A stretch of DNA of 53,700 nucleotides from Pseudobdellovibrionaceae bacterium (GCA_039810425.1 JBDHWW010000022.1:1-53700), one strand, 5' to 3'. Counted from the first letter of the stretch, positions 8,801 through 18,813 are shown. The notes: generated by a model from the sequence alone, not told the origin. Numbers and translations: made by a program.

Positions 8801-9975
8801 GTATCTCATACTGGCTCGATCAATCAGCAAGCACAGCCACAAAAACTTATGACTTCGTAATCGTGGGTGGTGGCATCGCGGGTCTTTCAACAGCCTATTG
8901 GCTGCAAAAAGATCAACCTCAGGTAAAAATCGCCATTATCGAAAAAAATCGCATCGGTTTCGGTGCTTCAGGACGCAATGCGGGCTTTGTCACTTGTGGC
9001 TCAACCGCGCACTTTATGAAACTCAACCAACAATTTGGAACGGAAAAAGCCACTGAGATCTGGAAATTCTCAGAACAAAACCGCGAGCTCTTAAAACAAC
9101 ACATCATCCAAGATCAGACTGATCTTGTGGCCTATCGCCAAACCGGGTCCTGCACCGTCGCCCCCAACGAAGAGATGTGGCAGAAGTACCGTGACACGGC
9201 CACCGTGATGAAATCTCAAGGTCTCGCCGTTCAAGAGGTCGACTCTAAATACATGGAAAGCGATTACGGCGTTGTCGGCTTTTTAGGTGGCATTGAGTAT
9301 AAGGACGACGGCTTTGTTCATCCTGTGAAGCTTTTAGAGCGTTTAAAGTCCAAACTTAAAGTCGATATCTATGAATCAACCGAAGTTTTTGCGATTGAAA
9401 ACCATCAAGGTGTACAAAAACTAAAAACTGATCGTGGTCTTTTTGAAACTCCGAAGGTTCTTTTAACTCTGAACGCGTATCTACCGATGGTCTTAAAAAA
9501 CTTCAAAGATCTTCTGACTCCTAATCGCGGTCAAATTTTAGTCACAGAACCACTCCCACAATTCGTCAAAGGCCCCTGTTATCTGACGAAATACTTATGT
9601 TACTTTCGCCAACTGCCAAGCGGGCATTTACTGATTGGTGGCTTTAGAAATCTCTCATTAGAAACCGAGAACAATCTTTTAGATCAAACCACGGATGTGA
9701 TTCAGGATGCGCTCTTAGATTTTGTCCGTAAAACATTTAAGCACGGAGCCTCTGCGAAAGTAGCTTATCAATGGTCCGGTATTATGGGGTTCACGCCTGA
9801 TGAACAGATGATGATCGGCGCCTTGCCGAATAATCCAGGCATCAGCCTGATGGCGGGATGTTCAGGACACGGCATGGGGCTGAGTTTTCATGCCGCAAAG
9901 ACTTTAGTTGAAAGCCTCCGCGGCAAATCTATTCCAAGACATCTAGACCTTAAGCGGTTCTATAAAGACCTTTAA
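8797..9975 (+). CDS. FAD-dependent oxidoreductase (DadA/PuuB-like)
   Basis: SYW, GGGIAG, GASGRNAG, WSGIMG, GCSGHG; ATGA overlap with the GNAT stop gives start 8797. Confidence 0.9.
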   Translation: MSISYWLDQSASTATKTYDFVIVGGGIAGLSTAYWLQKDQPQVKIAIIEKNRIGFGASGRNAGFVTCGSTAHFMKLNQQFGTEKATEIWKFSEQNRELLKQHIIQDQTDLVAYRQTGSCTVAPNEEMWQKYRDTATVMKSQGLAVQEVDSKYMESDYGVVGFLGGIEYKDDGFVHPVKLLERLKSKLKVDIYESTEVFAIENHQGVQKLKTDRGLFETPKVLLTLNAYLPMVLKNFKDLLTPNRGQILVTEPLPQFVKGPCYLTKYLCYFRQLPSGHLLIGGFRNLSLETENNLLDQTTDVIQDALLDFVRKTFKHGASAKVAYQWSGIMGFTPDEQMMIGALPNNPGISLMAGCSGHGMGLSFHAAKTLVESLRGKSIPRHLDLKRFYKDL

Positions 9976-9980
9976 GGTCT

Positions 9981-11267
9981 TTACTCAACCTTAGGTTCAA
10001 TCACAAGATCAATACGACGATTTTCCGCACGACCGCGAGGCGTCTTATTGTCTGATATTGGGCTCTCATTGCCCATACCAACGGCTTTGATTTGATTTGA
10101 AAAAATGCTGCCTTTGTTGATCATATAGTTTTGAACCGCTTCAGCGCGCTTTTCAGAAACCTCACGGTTGGTCTCAGGCGTACCCGTAGAATCCGTATGG
10201 CCTTCAACTGAAATTGCATTAACGCCGATAGTGCCTAAGACTTTATCTACACGGTCCAACAAAGAAGCACTTCGTTTGTTGATGGTTGTTGAGTTCGAAC
10301 TAAACTGAACCCCTTTAAGACGAACTTTCACAGAATTATTTTCCACAAACACTTCTGCCTCATTAGGTTTAAGGCTTCTACGTAACTCCTCGGCAGTTTT
10401 TAAAGCCGAATTTTTCTGATGAAGCTCCGCCTCTGTTGCCGCCAGTCCTGCTTCGACACCACTGAGCTTGCGCATTTGTCTTTCTGAGCGCAACACAAGA
10501 TCTTCCGTATTTCCGGCCTTGGTCTGCTGATTTACCATTAGCAAAAACTTAGACTGAGCCACAGCCTCTTTTGTGGCCGCAGTGATGGCACTTAAATTGC
10601 GTGGGTTCTCGTTAATGACAGTTTGAGCATGATTGATTTTAGACTCAGTAACTTCGTAAGTTTTTGGCGATATTTTTACAGCACCATCTTTCTTGGCAGC
10701 ATCAAGATTGATTCTTGCCTCGCCAAGATAGGACTTACTAACCGATGAAACTTCAAGGTTGCGATAACTCGCAGTGAGTCGATCACCCTCTTTAGTTATT
10801 TTTGCGATGTTTCCGGTTTCTGCTTCCGCAGCAAGATCGCGCGCTTCTTCGTCTAATCTCTTAAACTCTTTTGGATATAAAACTGGTGCTGTGGCACGAA
10901 CAGCGCCAGTTCGCGCATCCGAAAGCTCCTTCGCCGCCGCACGCGTGACGCTTCCACGCGCTTCGGCCTCTTCCAGCCAACCACGAGATCTTGCGACTTT
11001 ATCTAAAATCTTCTCTTTGCTTTTACCATCTACCAAAGCTTTACGTGCATCGACTAAATTTTCTTCAGCGCGTGAGAAACTCTTTGGCGCCAGAACATCC
11101 AGATTGTGCTCTTTGGCTTCATTGATCATTTTCTGAGTAGCATCAACCTCGGCTGTCGCATCTGCCGTTTCTGGAATAGCCTGCATAGTTGGTGGCTTTG
11201 ATGCGCACGCTGCAAGCACCAGGGACGCGATGAAAAGACTCAATGTCGATTTAATATTTCGATTCAT
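9981..11267 (-). CDS. OmpA-family lipoprotein with helical N-terminal region
   Basis: Lipobox LAAC; C-terminal VEGHTDSTG...SEKRAEAV...NRRIDL. Confidence 0.9.
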   Translation of the reverse strand: MNRNIKSTLSLFIASLVLAACASKPPTMQAIPETADATAEVDATQKMINEAKEHNLDVLAPKSFSRAEENLVDARKALVDGKSKEKILDKVARSRGWLEEAEARGSVTRAAAKELSDARTGAVRATAPVLYPKEFKRLDEEARDLAAEAETGNIAKITKEGDRLTASYRNLEVSSVSKSYLGEARINLDAAKKDGAVKISPKTYEVTESKINHAQTVINENPRNLSAITAATKEAVAQSKFLLMVNQQTKAGNTEDLVLRSERQMRKLSGVEAGLAATEAELHQKNSALKTAEELRRSLKPNEAEVFVENNSVKVRLKGVQFSSNSTTINKRSASLLDRVDKVLGTIGVNAISVEGHTDSTGTPETNREVSEKRAEAVQNYMINKGSIFSNQIKAVGMGNESPISDNKTPRGRAENRRIDLVIEPKVE

Positions 11268-11273
11268 ATAGAC

Positions 11274-11322
11274 CTCATTTCTAATCTAAAGGCGGACCGT
11301 TCGCCTTTAGATTAGAAATGAG
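11274..11322. repeat. Perfect 21-bp inverted repeat overlapping the RBS of the OmpA-family gene
   Basis: CTCATTTCTAATCTAAAGGCG / CGCCTTTAGATTAGAAATGAG, 7-nt loop. Confidence 0.9.
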
Positions 11323-11376
11323 CGCCTACAAAAGACAAAGGAAGAAATCGTTAAACCTTCTTCCAAACATCGTCAT

Positions 11377-12888
11377 TTAATCAATGCGCAGACTTTCCCA
11401 GATGAGATAGTGAAGCCCAGAACGCGTTGAAAACCTTTTTAATGCTTCTTCCGGAGCTTCGCCACTTTTAATGGACTCAATAGCAATCTTGCGAGCTTCG
11501 GCAAGTTTCAAAAGAAACTCTGGGCGCTCGATAAAAATAGGATCGCGTTCCCAATTATGTAACAGTAACCCCAGGGCTTCATTAGTTGAGCCTTCGAGTT
11601 TTCCGCCTGTCGGATCGTTCTTTAAGGAAACAATTGGTTCGTAATAGATGCGATCCATAAGGTTGATGCTTGATTTATCCTTCAAAACCGTTTCCACCGT
11701 GCGATCTTTAAGTCCGTAATCACCAATCAACATTCGCGTTTGCACCGCTCTTAGAAAATCACCGAGATGTTTTTGATTATGCGACGGAGCTAAGTCACGT
11801 AATTCCATTCCCCACAGAAGTGTTTCGCCGTCATAGACTTTCCCAGCACGCATGCCGACAAGACCTGATTTCTCGGCGATTTTATGTTCAAGCGGATTTT
11901 CTAAGAACTTGACCATGAGGTCCTTGTCTTTAAAAAATGTGCGACCCCAAAGTTTAAGTTTTTCTTTGAATGTTCCTTCGTCGCGGATTTTCTGATCGGC
12001 GATTTTTTGTTTTTGCTCCTGCAGATATCGCCCCAAAGTCAGAAAATAATTTTCCAGCATTCTTAAGTCTTTTTTCTCAAGCAGTGGCATATTGCTGTAG
12101 CTATAATCACCACTCGTGGCTTTCAATTCTTCAATGGCGTGTCCTCGAGTCACTCGTAAAAGCTGTGCATGCAGACTTACGCGACGGTACAGATCCATCA
12201 ATTTAAACGACATCACCTCAGGATTTGCCGCCAAAGCCTCTAAGGGAATCGGCGCAACCACATGTTGGTGCACACTAGATACGTAACCAACCAAAGATTT
12301 TTGCAACTGCGACGAACTCGTAAGATTCTTATCAGCCCCGTCAGCGCGTCTTAGATGAATTTCAACTCCAAGACGGTCCACCATTCCTTTCGGACCCGAG
12401 AACTCAATCTTGGTATTAGCAAACATATCCTGAGAGTTAAATACATGTCTTCCTGCGGGATATGAGCGTCCCAAAAACTCCGTGCGTTCTTTGAACGAAA
12501 GTTCAACTTGATCGCGGTAGATTAAGCCCTGAATATTGCGGTCCTCGAAGAAGTTTTGCGCACGAGCTTTTGTCGCAAAAAGAATCAGACTTTCTTTTTC
12601 TTTCTGATTTAAAAGATCCCACGAAAGTTTTTCGACGGGCTCGCCGGGAAACGAATCTTTGAGTTGTTTTAAAATTTCCGGCGGAATTGCCGCTTCACCG
12701 AGGGGCGCGATAACAGGCCCCAGTGTCCCATCCGCCGTCGTAAACATGTGGTCCGCAATAGCGCCACTGATCTCAATTTCGACAGCACTGTCCCTGAGAG
12801 GAACGGGCTTCAAAACGTTTTCACAGCGAAGGGCCGCCCGGGATTGACATACAAACAATGAACTCAATATAAATAGACCAATTTTCAT
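11377..12888 (-). CDS. Secreted hypothetical protein, possible GS/amidoligase-like fold
   Basis: Signal peptide; motifs AVEIE, GVEIH, VHQHV, MELR. Confidence 0.75.
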   Translation of the reverse strand: MKIGLFILSSLFVCQSRAALRCENVLKPVPLRDSAVEIEISGAIADHMFTTADGTLGPVIAPLGEAAIPPEILKQLKDSFPGEPVEKLSWDLLNQKEKESLILFATKARAQNFFEDRNIQGLIYRDQVELSFKERTEFLGRSYPAGRHVFNSQDMFANTKIEFSGPKGMVDRLGVEIHLRRADGADKNLTSSSQLQKSLVGYVSSVHQHVVAPIPLEALAANPEVMSFKLMDLYRRVSLHAQLLRVTRGHAIEELKATSGDYSYSNMPLLEKKDLRMLENYFLTLGRYLQEQKQKIADQKIRDEGTFKEKLKLWGRTFFKDKDLMVKFLENPLEHKIAEKSGLVGMRAGKVYDGETLLWGMELRDLAPSHNQKHLGDFLRAVQTRMLIGDYGLKDRTVETVLKDKSSINLMDRIYYEPIVSLKNDPTGGKLEGSTNEALGLLLHNWERDPIFIERPEFLLKLAEARKIAIESIKSGEAPEEALKRFSTRSGLHYLIWESLRID

Positions 12889-13005
12889 AACTTAGGTCTA
12901 TTTCAAAGATCGGGCCTTTTAGCTCAAATATAGGGTTTAAAAACCGGCATTTTTGGCGAATTGCCAAAAAGTGCTAAACACCAGGGCTGAGTTCTACAAA
13001 AAGCC

Positions 13006-13020
13006 GTCTCAAATTGAGAT
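13006..13020. promoter_or_regulatory. Palindromic motif, copy 2
   Basis: GTCTCA-AAT-TGAGAT. Confidence 0.65.
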
Positions 13021-13097
13021 CTGATCTGCAATTCAGCACTTGCCTTTCTAACGCTACCCGGCTAAGTTGGGTCCCTTTCGACCTCACGGAGGTACTC

Positions 13098-13652
13098 ATG
13101 AAAATCAATCTGACTGAAATCCCTGAAGAGGGAAAACAATTTGTCTGCACCCCGCAAACTGGCGAGTTAAACACAGTTTTAAAAGACCTCATCGGCGACC
13201 GTGCCTTTCATACTGAATTTTTTATACGCCCGCTGAACTCCAAAGACTTTGAACTGACTGGCACCGTTAAGACAGAGCTTCCTGAAGAGTGCTCTCGCTG
13301 CGGCCTGGATTTCTGCCTCAAGGTCACACCAAATCTGAGCGCGATTCTTATTCCACGGCAATCCGACGACCGCACCGGGAAATACGCTAAAGTGAACCAC
13401 ATTTCTGAAGCCATCGAAAATGGCCCCGCCACTGCAGAATATGATGGCATGGTCTTCGATATGGGTGAATATGTGCATGAAGCCGTGGCAATTGCCGCGC
13501 CTTTTAATCCAGCAGGGCCTGAGGACGAAAAGGGCGATTGCACGGTCTGCGGAATCCACGTCCAGGGCCGCAGCTTTGGTTATGACGAAGAAATGCCTGC
13601 GGAGAAGCCTGAATCCCCGTTTGCAGCTCTTAAAAATATTAAGTTGAATTAA
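13098..13652 (+). CDS. yceD: YceD/DUF177 protein
   Basis: CSRC and CTVC motifs, SPFAALK tail, position before rpmF; GGAGG RBS supports ATG at 13098. Confidence 0.9.
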   Translation: MKINLTEIPEEGKQFVCTPQTGELNTVLKDLIGDRAFHTEFFIRPLNSKDFELTGTVKTELPEECSRCGLDFCLKVTPNLSAILIPRQSDDRTGKYAKVNHISEAIENGPATAEYDGMVFDMGEYVHEAVAIAAPFNPAGPEDEKGDCTVCGIHVQGRSFGYDEEMPAEKPESPFAALKNIKLN

Positions 13653-13715
13653 GGTTGATTTTTATCGACTTTTGGTTAAATTACCAACCTTTGTAACACT
13701 TTAAAGAGGTAGACA

Positions 13716-13904
13716 ATGCCAACTCCTAAAAAGAAAACTTCCCGTGCCCGTCGCGATCAACGCCGCTCTCATGATGGTCTCTCTACTCCTGCAGTAGCTA
13801 TTGAAAAGAAAACGGGAGAACTTGTACGTCCTCACCGCGCTCACAAAGCTTCTGACGGTGCTTACTACTACAAAGGTAAGCAGATCAGCGCAGCTAAAGC
13901 TTAA
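13716..13904 (+). CDS. rpmF: 50S ribosomal protein L32 (Cys-free type)
   Basis: MPTPKKKTSRARRDQRRSH...PHR...YYKGKQ. Confidence 0.95.
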   Translation: MPTPKKKTSRARRDQRRSHDGLSTPAVAIEKKTGELVRPHRAHKASDGAYYYKGKQISAAKA

Positions 13905-13926
13905 TTCTTAGGACGAGGATTAATCC

Positions 13927-14934
13927 ATGGCTGGTATTTATAGATCTCGCGTCGCCGGAACAGGTTCCTATTTGCCACCCGGCATTCTCACGAATGCCGA
14001 CTTGGAAAAAATGGTGGAAACCAACGACCAGTGGATTGTTGAACGCACCGGGATCAAACGCCGCCATATGGCTTCTGACCGTCCTGAAAATTATCAGTCC
14101 ACATCGGACTTGAGCTTGATCGCCTCCGAACAAGCCCTCAAAGACGCGGGTCTCACCGCGCAAGATCTCGACGCTATCATCGTTTGCACTGTTTCTGGTG
14201 ACCAGGTTATGCCTAGCACAGCCTGTGTCCTACAGCACAAACTTGGTGCACGTAATATCATGGCCTTCGACCTTTCCGCGGCCTGCTCTGGTTTCGTTTA
14301 CGGTCTGTCTGTTGCAGACCAATTCATTCGCACCGGTGTTTACAAACACGTGCTTATCGTTGGAGCCGAAGTCCTTCATCGCTTTGTAAACTATCAAGAC
14401 CGCGAAACCTGCATCCTCTTTGGTGACGGTGCCGGAGCGTGGGTTCTTTCTCGCACTTCCACGGAAGACCGAAACGTGATCATGAGTTCTCACTTGCACG
14501 CCGATGGCGGTTTAGGCGACCTCTTTGTTTTGCCAGCCGGCGGTTCAAAAATTCCATTCTCCGCGGAAGTTCTCGAGAATAAAGGTCAATATGTGAAAAT
14601 GAAGGGGCGTGAGATTTTCAAAAATGCTGTTCGTACGATGAGCCACTGCTGCCAAGAAGCTTTGGATGCAAACCATGTGACAGCAGATCAGGTGGACTGG
14701 TTAATCCCGCATCAAGCCAATAATCGTATTATCGAAGCTATTGCTGATTACTATGAATTCCCAAAAGAAAAAGTGGTCGTGAGTGTTCACGAAACTGGGA
14801 ATACGTCAGCCGCATCAATTCCCTTAGCCTTTGAAATGGCTAAGGCCGATGGTCGAATCCAACGAGGACAGACAATACTCCTCACCGCTTTCGGAGCTGG
14901 ACTTACGAGCGGTAGCCTTTTAATGAGGTACTAA
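13927..14934 (+). CDS. fabH: Beta-ketoacyl-ACP synthase III
   Basis: AACSGF, PHQAN, GNTSAAS. Confidence 0.97.
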   Translation: MAGIYRSRVAGTGSYLPPGILTNADLEKMVETNDQWIVERTGIKRRHMASDRPENYQSTSDLSLIASEQALKDAGLTAQDLDAIIVCTVSGDQVMPSTACVLQHKLGARNIMAFDLSAACSGFVYGLSVADQFIRTGVYKHVLIVGAEVLHRFVNYQDRETCILFGDGAGAWVLSRTSTEDRNVIMSSHLHADGGLGDLFVLPAGGSKIPFSAEVLENKGQYVKMKGREIFKNAVRTMSHCCQEALDANHVTADQVDWLIPHQANNRIIEAIADYYEFPKEKVVVSVHETGNTSAASIPLAFEMAKADGRIQRGQTILLTAFGAGLTSGSLLMRY

Positions 14935-14938
14935 TTTT

Positions 14939-15910
14939 ATGATGACTCTTTTATTTCCTGGTCAAGGCAGTCAACAGCCTGGGATGGGCCGTTTTTTATT
15001 CGACAACTTTAAAACCGCCAAAGAAACTTTTGCAGAAGCGAGCGAAGCGCTGTCACAAGACATGAAAAAGCTCTGCTTTGAAGGTTCTGAAGCGGATCTC
15101 GCCCTTACCGAAAACACCCAGCCGGCTTTGCTTGTTGTTTCCACGGCAACTCAAAGAGTGCTGACATATGAATACAAAATCAAAGTGGCCGCAAGTGCCG
15201 GTCACTCCATCGGTGAATATGCAGCGCTTGTTGCTGCGAACGTGATTGATTTTATGCCTGCAATGAAGGCTGTCCGCACTCGCGGTCAGGCGATGCAATC
15301 CGCCGTACCTGTGGGCCAGGGCGGTATGATCGCAACTTTGGGACTAGAACCGGAACAAGCAAAACTCCTCTGCGAATTTGTGGTGAAAAACTCCGGTCAC
15401 GGCCCCTTGTCACCCGCCAATTTCAACAGCCCGGGCCAAATTGTCCTGAGCGGCTCAATGAAAGCGATTGAGTGGCTGAAAGCGAACTTCAAACCAGAAA
15501 TTTTTCCCGAACCTCCCAAACGCGCAAAGCTCATTCCTTTAAATGTCTCTGCACCATTTCACTGTGAAATGATGCTTCCTGCCGAGAAAAAGATGCGTGA
15601 AGTTCTTATGGCGATGGAGTTTAGAGCCCCTTCCTTTAAAATCGTTCAAAACTTCACGGCTCACTTTGAAAAAAACCCTGAGACACTTCGCGAAAACTTA
15701 ATTCGCCAGGTCTCCGCACCGGTTCGTTGGACCGAAAGCATGGAGCTTTTAAAGGCACAAGGCCTCACGAAATGTGTTGAGTGTGGCGCTGGCAAGGTCG
15801 TGGCGGGTCTTCTTAAGAAAATCGATAGCGAAGCGTTCACGGTGTTTAATACGAACTCGTTAGAAGACCTTAAATTAATTGAAGAATTTCTGAAAGCTTC
15901 GAGTCATTAA
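14939..15910 (+). CDS. fabD: Malonyl-CoA:ACP transacylase
   Basis: FPGQGSQ, GHSIGE, SAPFH. Confidence 0.97.
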   Translation: MMTLLFPGQGSQQPGMGRFLFDNFKTAKETFAEASEALSQDMKKLCFEGSEADLALTENTQPALLVVSTATQRVLTYEYKIKVAASAGHSIGEYAALVAANVIDFMPAMKAVRTRGQAMQSAVPVGQGGMIATLGLEPEQAKLLCEFVVKNSGHGPLSPANFNSPGQIVLSGSMKAIEWLKANFKPEIFPEPPKRAKLIPLNVSAPFHCEMMLPAEKKMREVLMAMEFRAPSFKIVQNFTAHFEKNPETLRENLIRQVSAPVRWTESMELLKAQGLTKCVECGAGKVVAGLLKKIDSEAFTVFNTNSLEDLKLIEEFLKASSH

Positions 15911-16028
15911 AAGTCCTTGCTGAAGGGAATTCTTTCAGTCAAAGTGTGTTGCGAATAACACAAGAAAAGCTCAATTTTTTAGGTTCATTTGTTTAGAAAT
16001 TTTAGGCTTAGTTTTTTTAGGGAATTTT

Positions 16029-16772
16029 ATGAAAGCTCTGCAAGGAAAGAAAATCATCGTAACAGGTGGCAGCCGTGGCATCGGCGCGTCCATTGTAAAG
16101 CTCCTTGCTGAATCAGGCGCCCACGTCTGCTTCACATACTCTTCCCGTGAGGAAGCGGCGGCTGAAGTGGCGAAAACTCTTCCAGGCGACGGTCATTTCT
16201 ATCTGAAGCTCGATGTTGCAAACGAAGAAAGTGTTAGCCAAGCGATGGAGCAAATCACCGCAAAGTGGTCGGACATCGACGGGCTTGTGAATAACGCGGG
16301 TATCACGAAAGACCAGCTTCTTCTTCGCATGAAGACGGAAGATTTCGATGCCGTTATGAACACCAACCTTCGCGGTACGTTCCTTATGACGAAAGCTTTG
16401 AGCAAAATCATGATGAAGGCCCGTAAAGGCTCTATCGTGAACATTACAAGTGTTATCGGCCAAACCGGCAACGCGGGGCAAGCAAACTATGCGGCTTCTA
16501 AAGCAGGTACCGAGGCCTTCAGCAAGTCTGTGGCTTTGGAGCTTGCTTCCCGCAACGTCCGGGTGAATTGTGTCGCTCCAGGATTTATAGCAACCGAAAT
16601 GACCCATGTGCTGTCTGAGGATGCAAAAACTAAAATTATCGACAAAATCCCGATGAACTCCATCGGCGACGGCAACGATGTTGCGAACGCGGTTAAGTTT
16701 TTATTAAGTGAAGAATCGAAATATATTACAGGCCATACCGTGAACGTGAACGGTGGCTTGTTCATGAGTTAA
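16029..16772 (+). CDS. fabG: 3-oxoacyl-ACP reductase
   Basis: TGGSRGIG, NNAGITKD, YAASK. Confidence 0.97.
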   Translation: MKALQGKKIIVTGGSRGIGASIVKLLAESGAHVCFTYSSREEAAAEVAKTLPGDGHFYLKLDVANEESVSQAMEQITAKWSDIDGLVNNAGITKDQLLLRMKTEDFDAVMNTNLRGTFLMTKALSKIMMKARKGSIVNITSVIGQTGNAGQANYAASKAGTEAFSKSVALELASRNVRVNCVAPGFIATEMTHVLSEDAKTKIIDKIPMNSIGDGNDVANAVKFLLSEESKYITGHTVNVNGGLFMS

Positions 16773-16808
16773 TTTTTAAATAAAGTTGAATTTTACCAGG
16801 AGGACATA

Positions 16809-17045
16809 ATGGAAATTCACCCAAAGGTTAAAGATATCATCGTTGAGCAACTTGGCGTAGACCCTGAGAAAGTGAAAGCGGAAGCTTCTTTCATCGACGA
16901 TTTGGGTGCGGACAGCCTTGATATCGTTGAGCTCGTTATGGCTATGGAAGAAGAGTTTGATCTTGAAATTCCAGATGAAGATGCTGAGAAGCTGAAAACA
17001 GTTCAAGACGTGGCTTCTTACCTTCAGAAAAAAGGAAAAGCGTAG
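16809..17045 (+). CDS. acpP: Acyl carrier protein
   Basis: DLGADSLD phosphopantetheine motif. Confidence 0.98.
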   Translation: MEIHPKVKDIIVEQLGVDPEKVKAEASFIDDLGADSLDIVELVMAMEEEFDLEIPDEDAEKLKTVQDVASYLQKKGKA

Positions 17046-17051
17046 GCTTTT

Positions 17052-18317
17052 ATGAATCCTCGATTTGAACGCCCGGCAAATGCGCAAAAACGTGTTGTAG
17101 TAACTGGTGTAGGTGCGGTAACTCCCCTTGGCCTTTCTATTCAAGAAAGCTGGGATCATGCGAAAGCGGGAAAGTCCGGCATCGCCAAAATCACTCGTTT
17201 TGACACCACGGGTTTTGATGTCTCCATTGCAGGTGAAGTCAAAGGTTTCAATCCAGATCTTTATATCGATAAAAAAGAGCAAAAGAAAATGGATACCTTT
17301 ATTCACTACTCTATGGCCTCGACTAAAATGGCCTTGGAGATGGCGAAGCTTCAAATCGATGATACTCTGGCTCCCCGTGCAGGTTGCATTATCGGCGTCG
17401 GCATGGGCGGACTACCTGGGATCGAGGAACAGCATACGAAGTGTGTCGAACGCGGCCCTGGGCGCATCAGCCCATTCTTCATTCCGATGGTGATTACGAA
17501 CTTGGCCGCCGGCCAAGTCAGTATCGCCTGCAATTTGAAAGGCCCCAACTATTCCGTCACCTCCGCCTGCGCTTCGGGTGTTCACTCCATCGGTGAAGCC
17601 GTGAACTACATCCGTAACGGCTGGATGGATGTGATGGTCGCCGGCGGTGCTGAATCCACAGTTTGCCCGATGGCGATCGGCGGTTTTGCGGCGATGCGTG
17701 CGCTTTCGACTCGCAACGACGCTCCTGAAAAAGCCAGCCGTCCCTGGGATCAGGGCCGTGACGGATTCGTCCTGGCTGAAGGTGCTGCGATCTTGATTTT
17801 GGAATCCCTTGAGCATGCTGAAAAGCGTGGCGCAAACATCCTCTGTGAAGTTACAGGCTATGGTGTTTCTGCCGATGCTTACCACATGACTTCTCCAGCT
17901 CCTGAAGGTGCGGGCGGCTATGCAGCGATGCAAATGGCCTTGAAGGACTCTGGTCTTCAAGCCAACGATATCACTTACGTGAATGCCCATGGTACAAGCA
18001 CACCGGTTGGTGATGGTCTTGAGTCGGCAGCAATCACAAAGTTGATGGGTGCTCACGCTAAAGATGTGTGGGTCTCCTCAACCAAAAGCATGATGGGCCA
18101 CGCTCTGGGCGCTGCCGGTGCGATTGAAAGCGCCTTCTGCGTTATGGCAATCAAAGACCAAGTGGTGCCGCCGACAATCAACCTGGAAAGCCCCAGCGAA
18201 GACTGCAAGTTGGACTATGTTCCTAATGAAGCACGTCGTGGTCATATTAAAAATGTGATGAACAACAGTTTTGGCTTTGGTGGAACCAACGCCTGTCTGT
18301 TACTCTCTAAAGTATGA
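17052..18317 (+). CDS. fabF: Beta-ketoacyl-ACP synthase II
   Basis: TSACASG, NAHGTST, GHALGAAG, NSFGFGG. Confidence 0.97.
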   Translation: MNPRFERPANAQKRVVVTGVGAVTPLGLSIQESWDHAKAGKSGIAKITRFDTTGFDVSIAGEVKGFNPDLYIDKKEQKKMDTFIHYSMASTKMALEMAKLQIDDTLAPRAGCIIGVGMGGLPGIEEQHTKCVERGPGRISPFFIPMVITNLAAGQVSIACNLKGPNYSVTSACASGVHSIGEAVNYIRNGWMDVMVAGGAESTVCPMAIGGFAAMRALSTRNDAPEKASRPWDQGRDGFVLAEGAAILILESLEHAEKRGANILCEVTGYGVSADAYHMTSPAPEGAGGYAAMQMALKDSGLQANDITYVNAHGTSTPVGDGLESAAITKLMGAHAKDVWVSSTKSMMGHALGAAGAIESAFCVMAIKDQVVPPTINLESPSEDCKLDYVPNEARRGHIKNVMNNSFGFGGTNACLLLSKV

Positions 18318-18772
18318 TGAAAAAGATCCTAATTGCTTCAGACCATGCTGGATTTGAGTTGAAGCAGAAGCTCATAAAGGACAATCCCCAGCTTTCTTGG
18401 GAAGACCTGGGACCTTTTGACACTCATTCTGTCGACTACCCTGATTACGCTAAAAAACTTTGCGAAAAGCTCATTACGGCCACCGGCTCAGGGCCCGTGA
18501 CGGAAGACGCTTTTAAGGCGGGAGTTTGCGGAGTTCTCATCTGCGGCTCTGGCCAAGGCATGGCGATCAAAGCCAACAAGTACCCGCAAATTCGCGCGGC
18601 TCTTTGTTGGAACGAAGACGTTGCCAGACTTTCTCGCCAGCATAATAACGCCAATGTCCTCTGCTTAGGTTCACGTGCGGTGGACGCGGCCACTGCGCAA
18701 AAGATTTTAGTGGCGTATTTGGAAGCTTCTTTTGAAGGCGGACGCCACTCACAAAGGGTTGCCAAGATCTAA
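18314..18772 (+). CDS. rpiB: Ribose-5-phosphate isomerase B
   Basis: ASDHAG, DYPD, CGSGQG, HNNAN. Confidence 0.95.
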   Translation: MMKKILIASDHAGFELKQKLIKDNPQLSWEDLGPFDTHSVDYPDYAKKLCEKLITATGSGPVTEDAFKAGVCGVLICGSGQGMAIKANKYPQIRAALCWNEDVARLSRQHNNANVLCLGSRAVDAATAQKILVAYLEASFEGGRHSQRVAKI

Positions 18773-18813
18773 GAGATATTTTCTAATACTAGAAACACTT
18801 CGCGGAGTATCCC

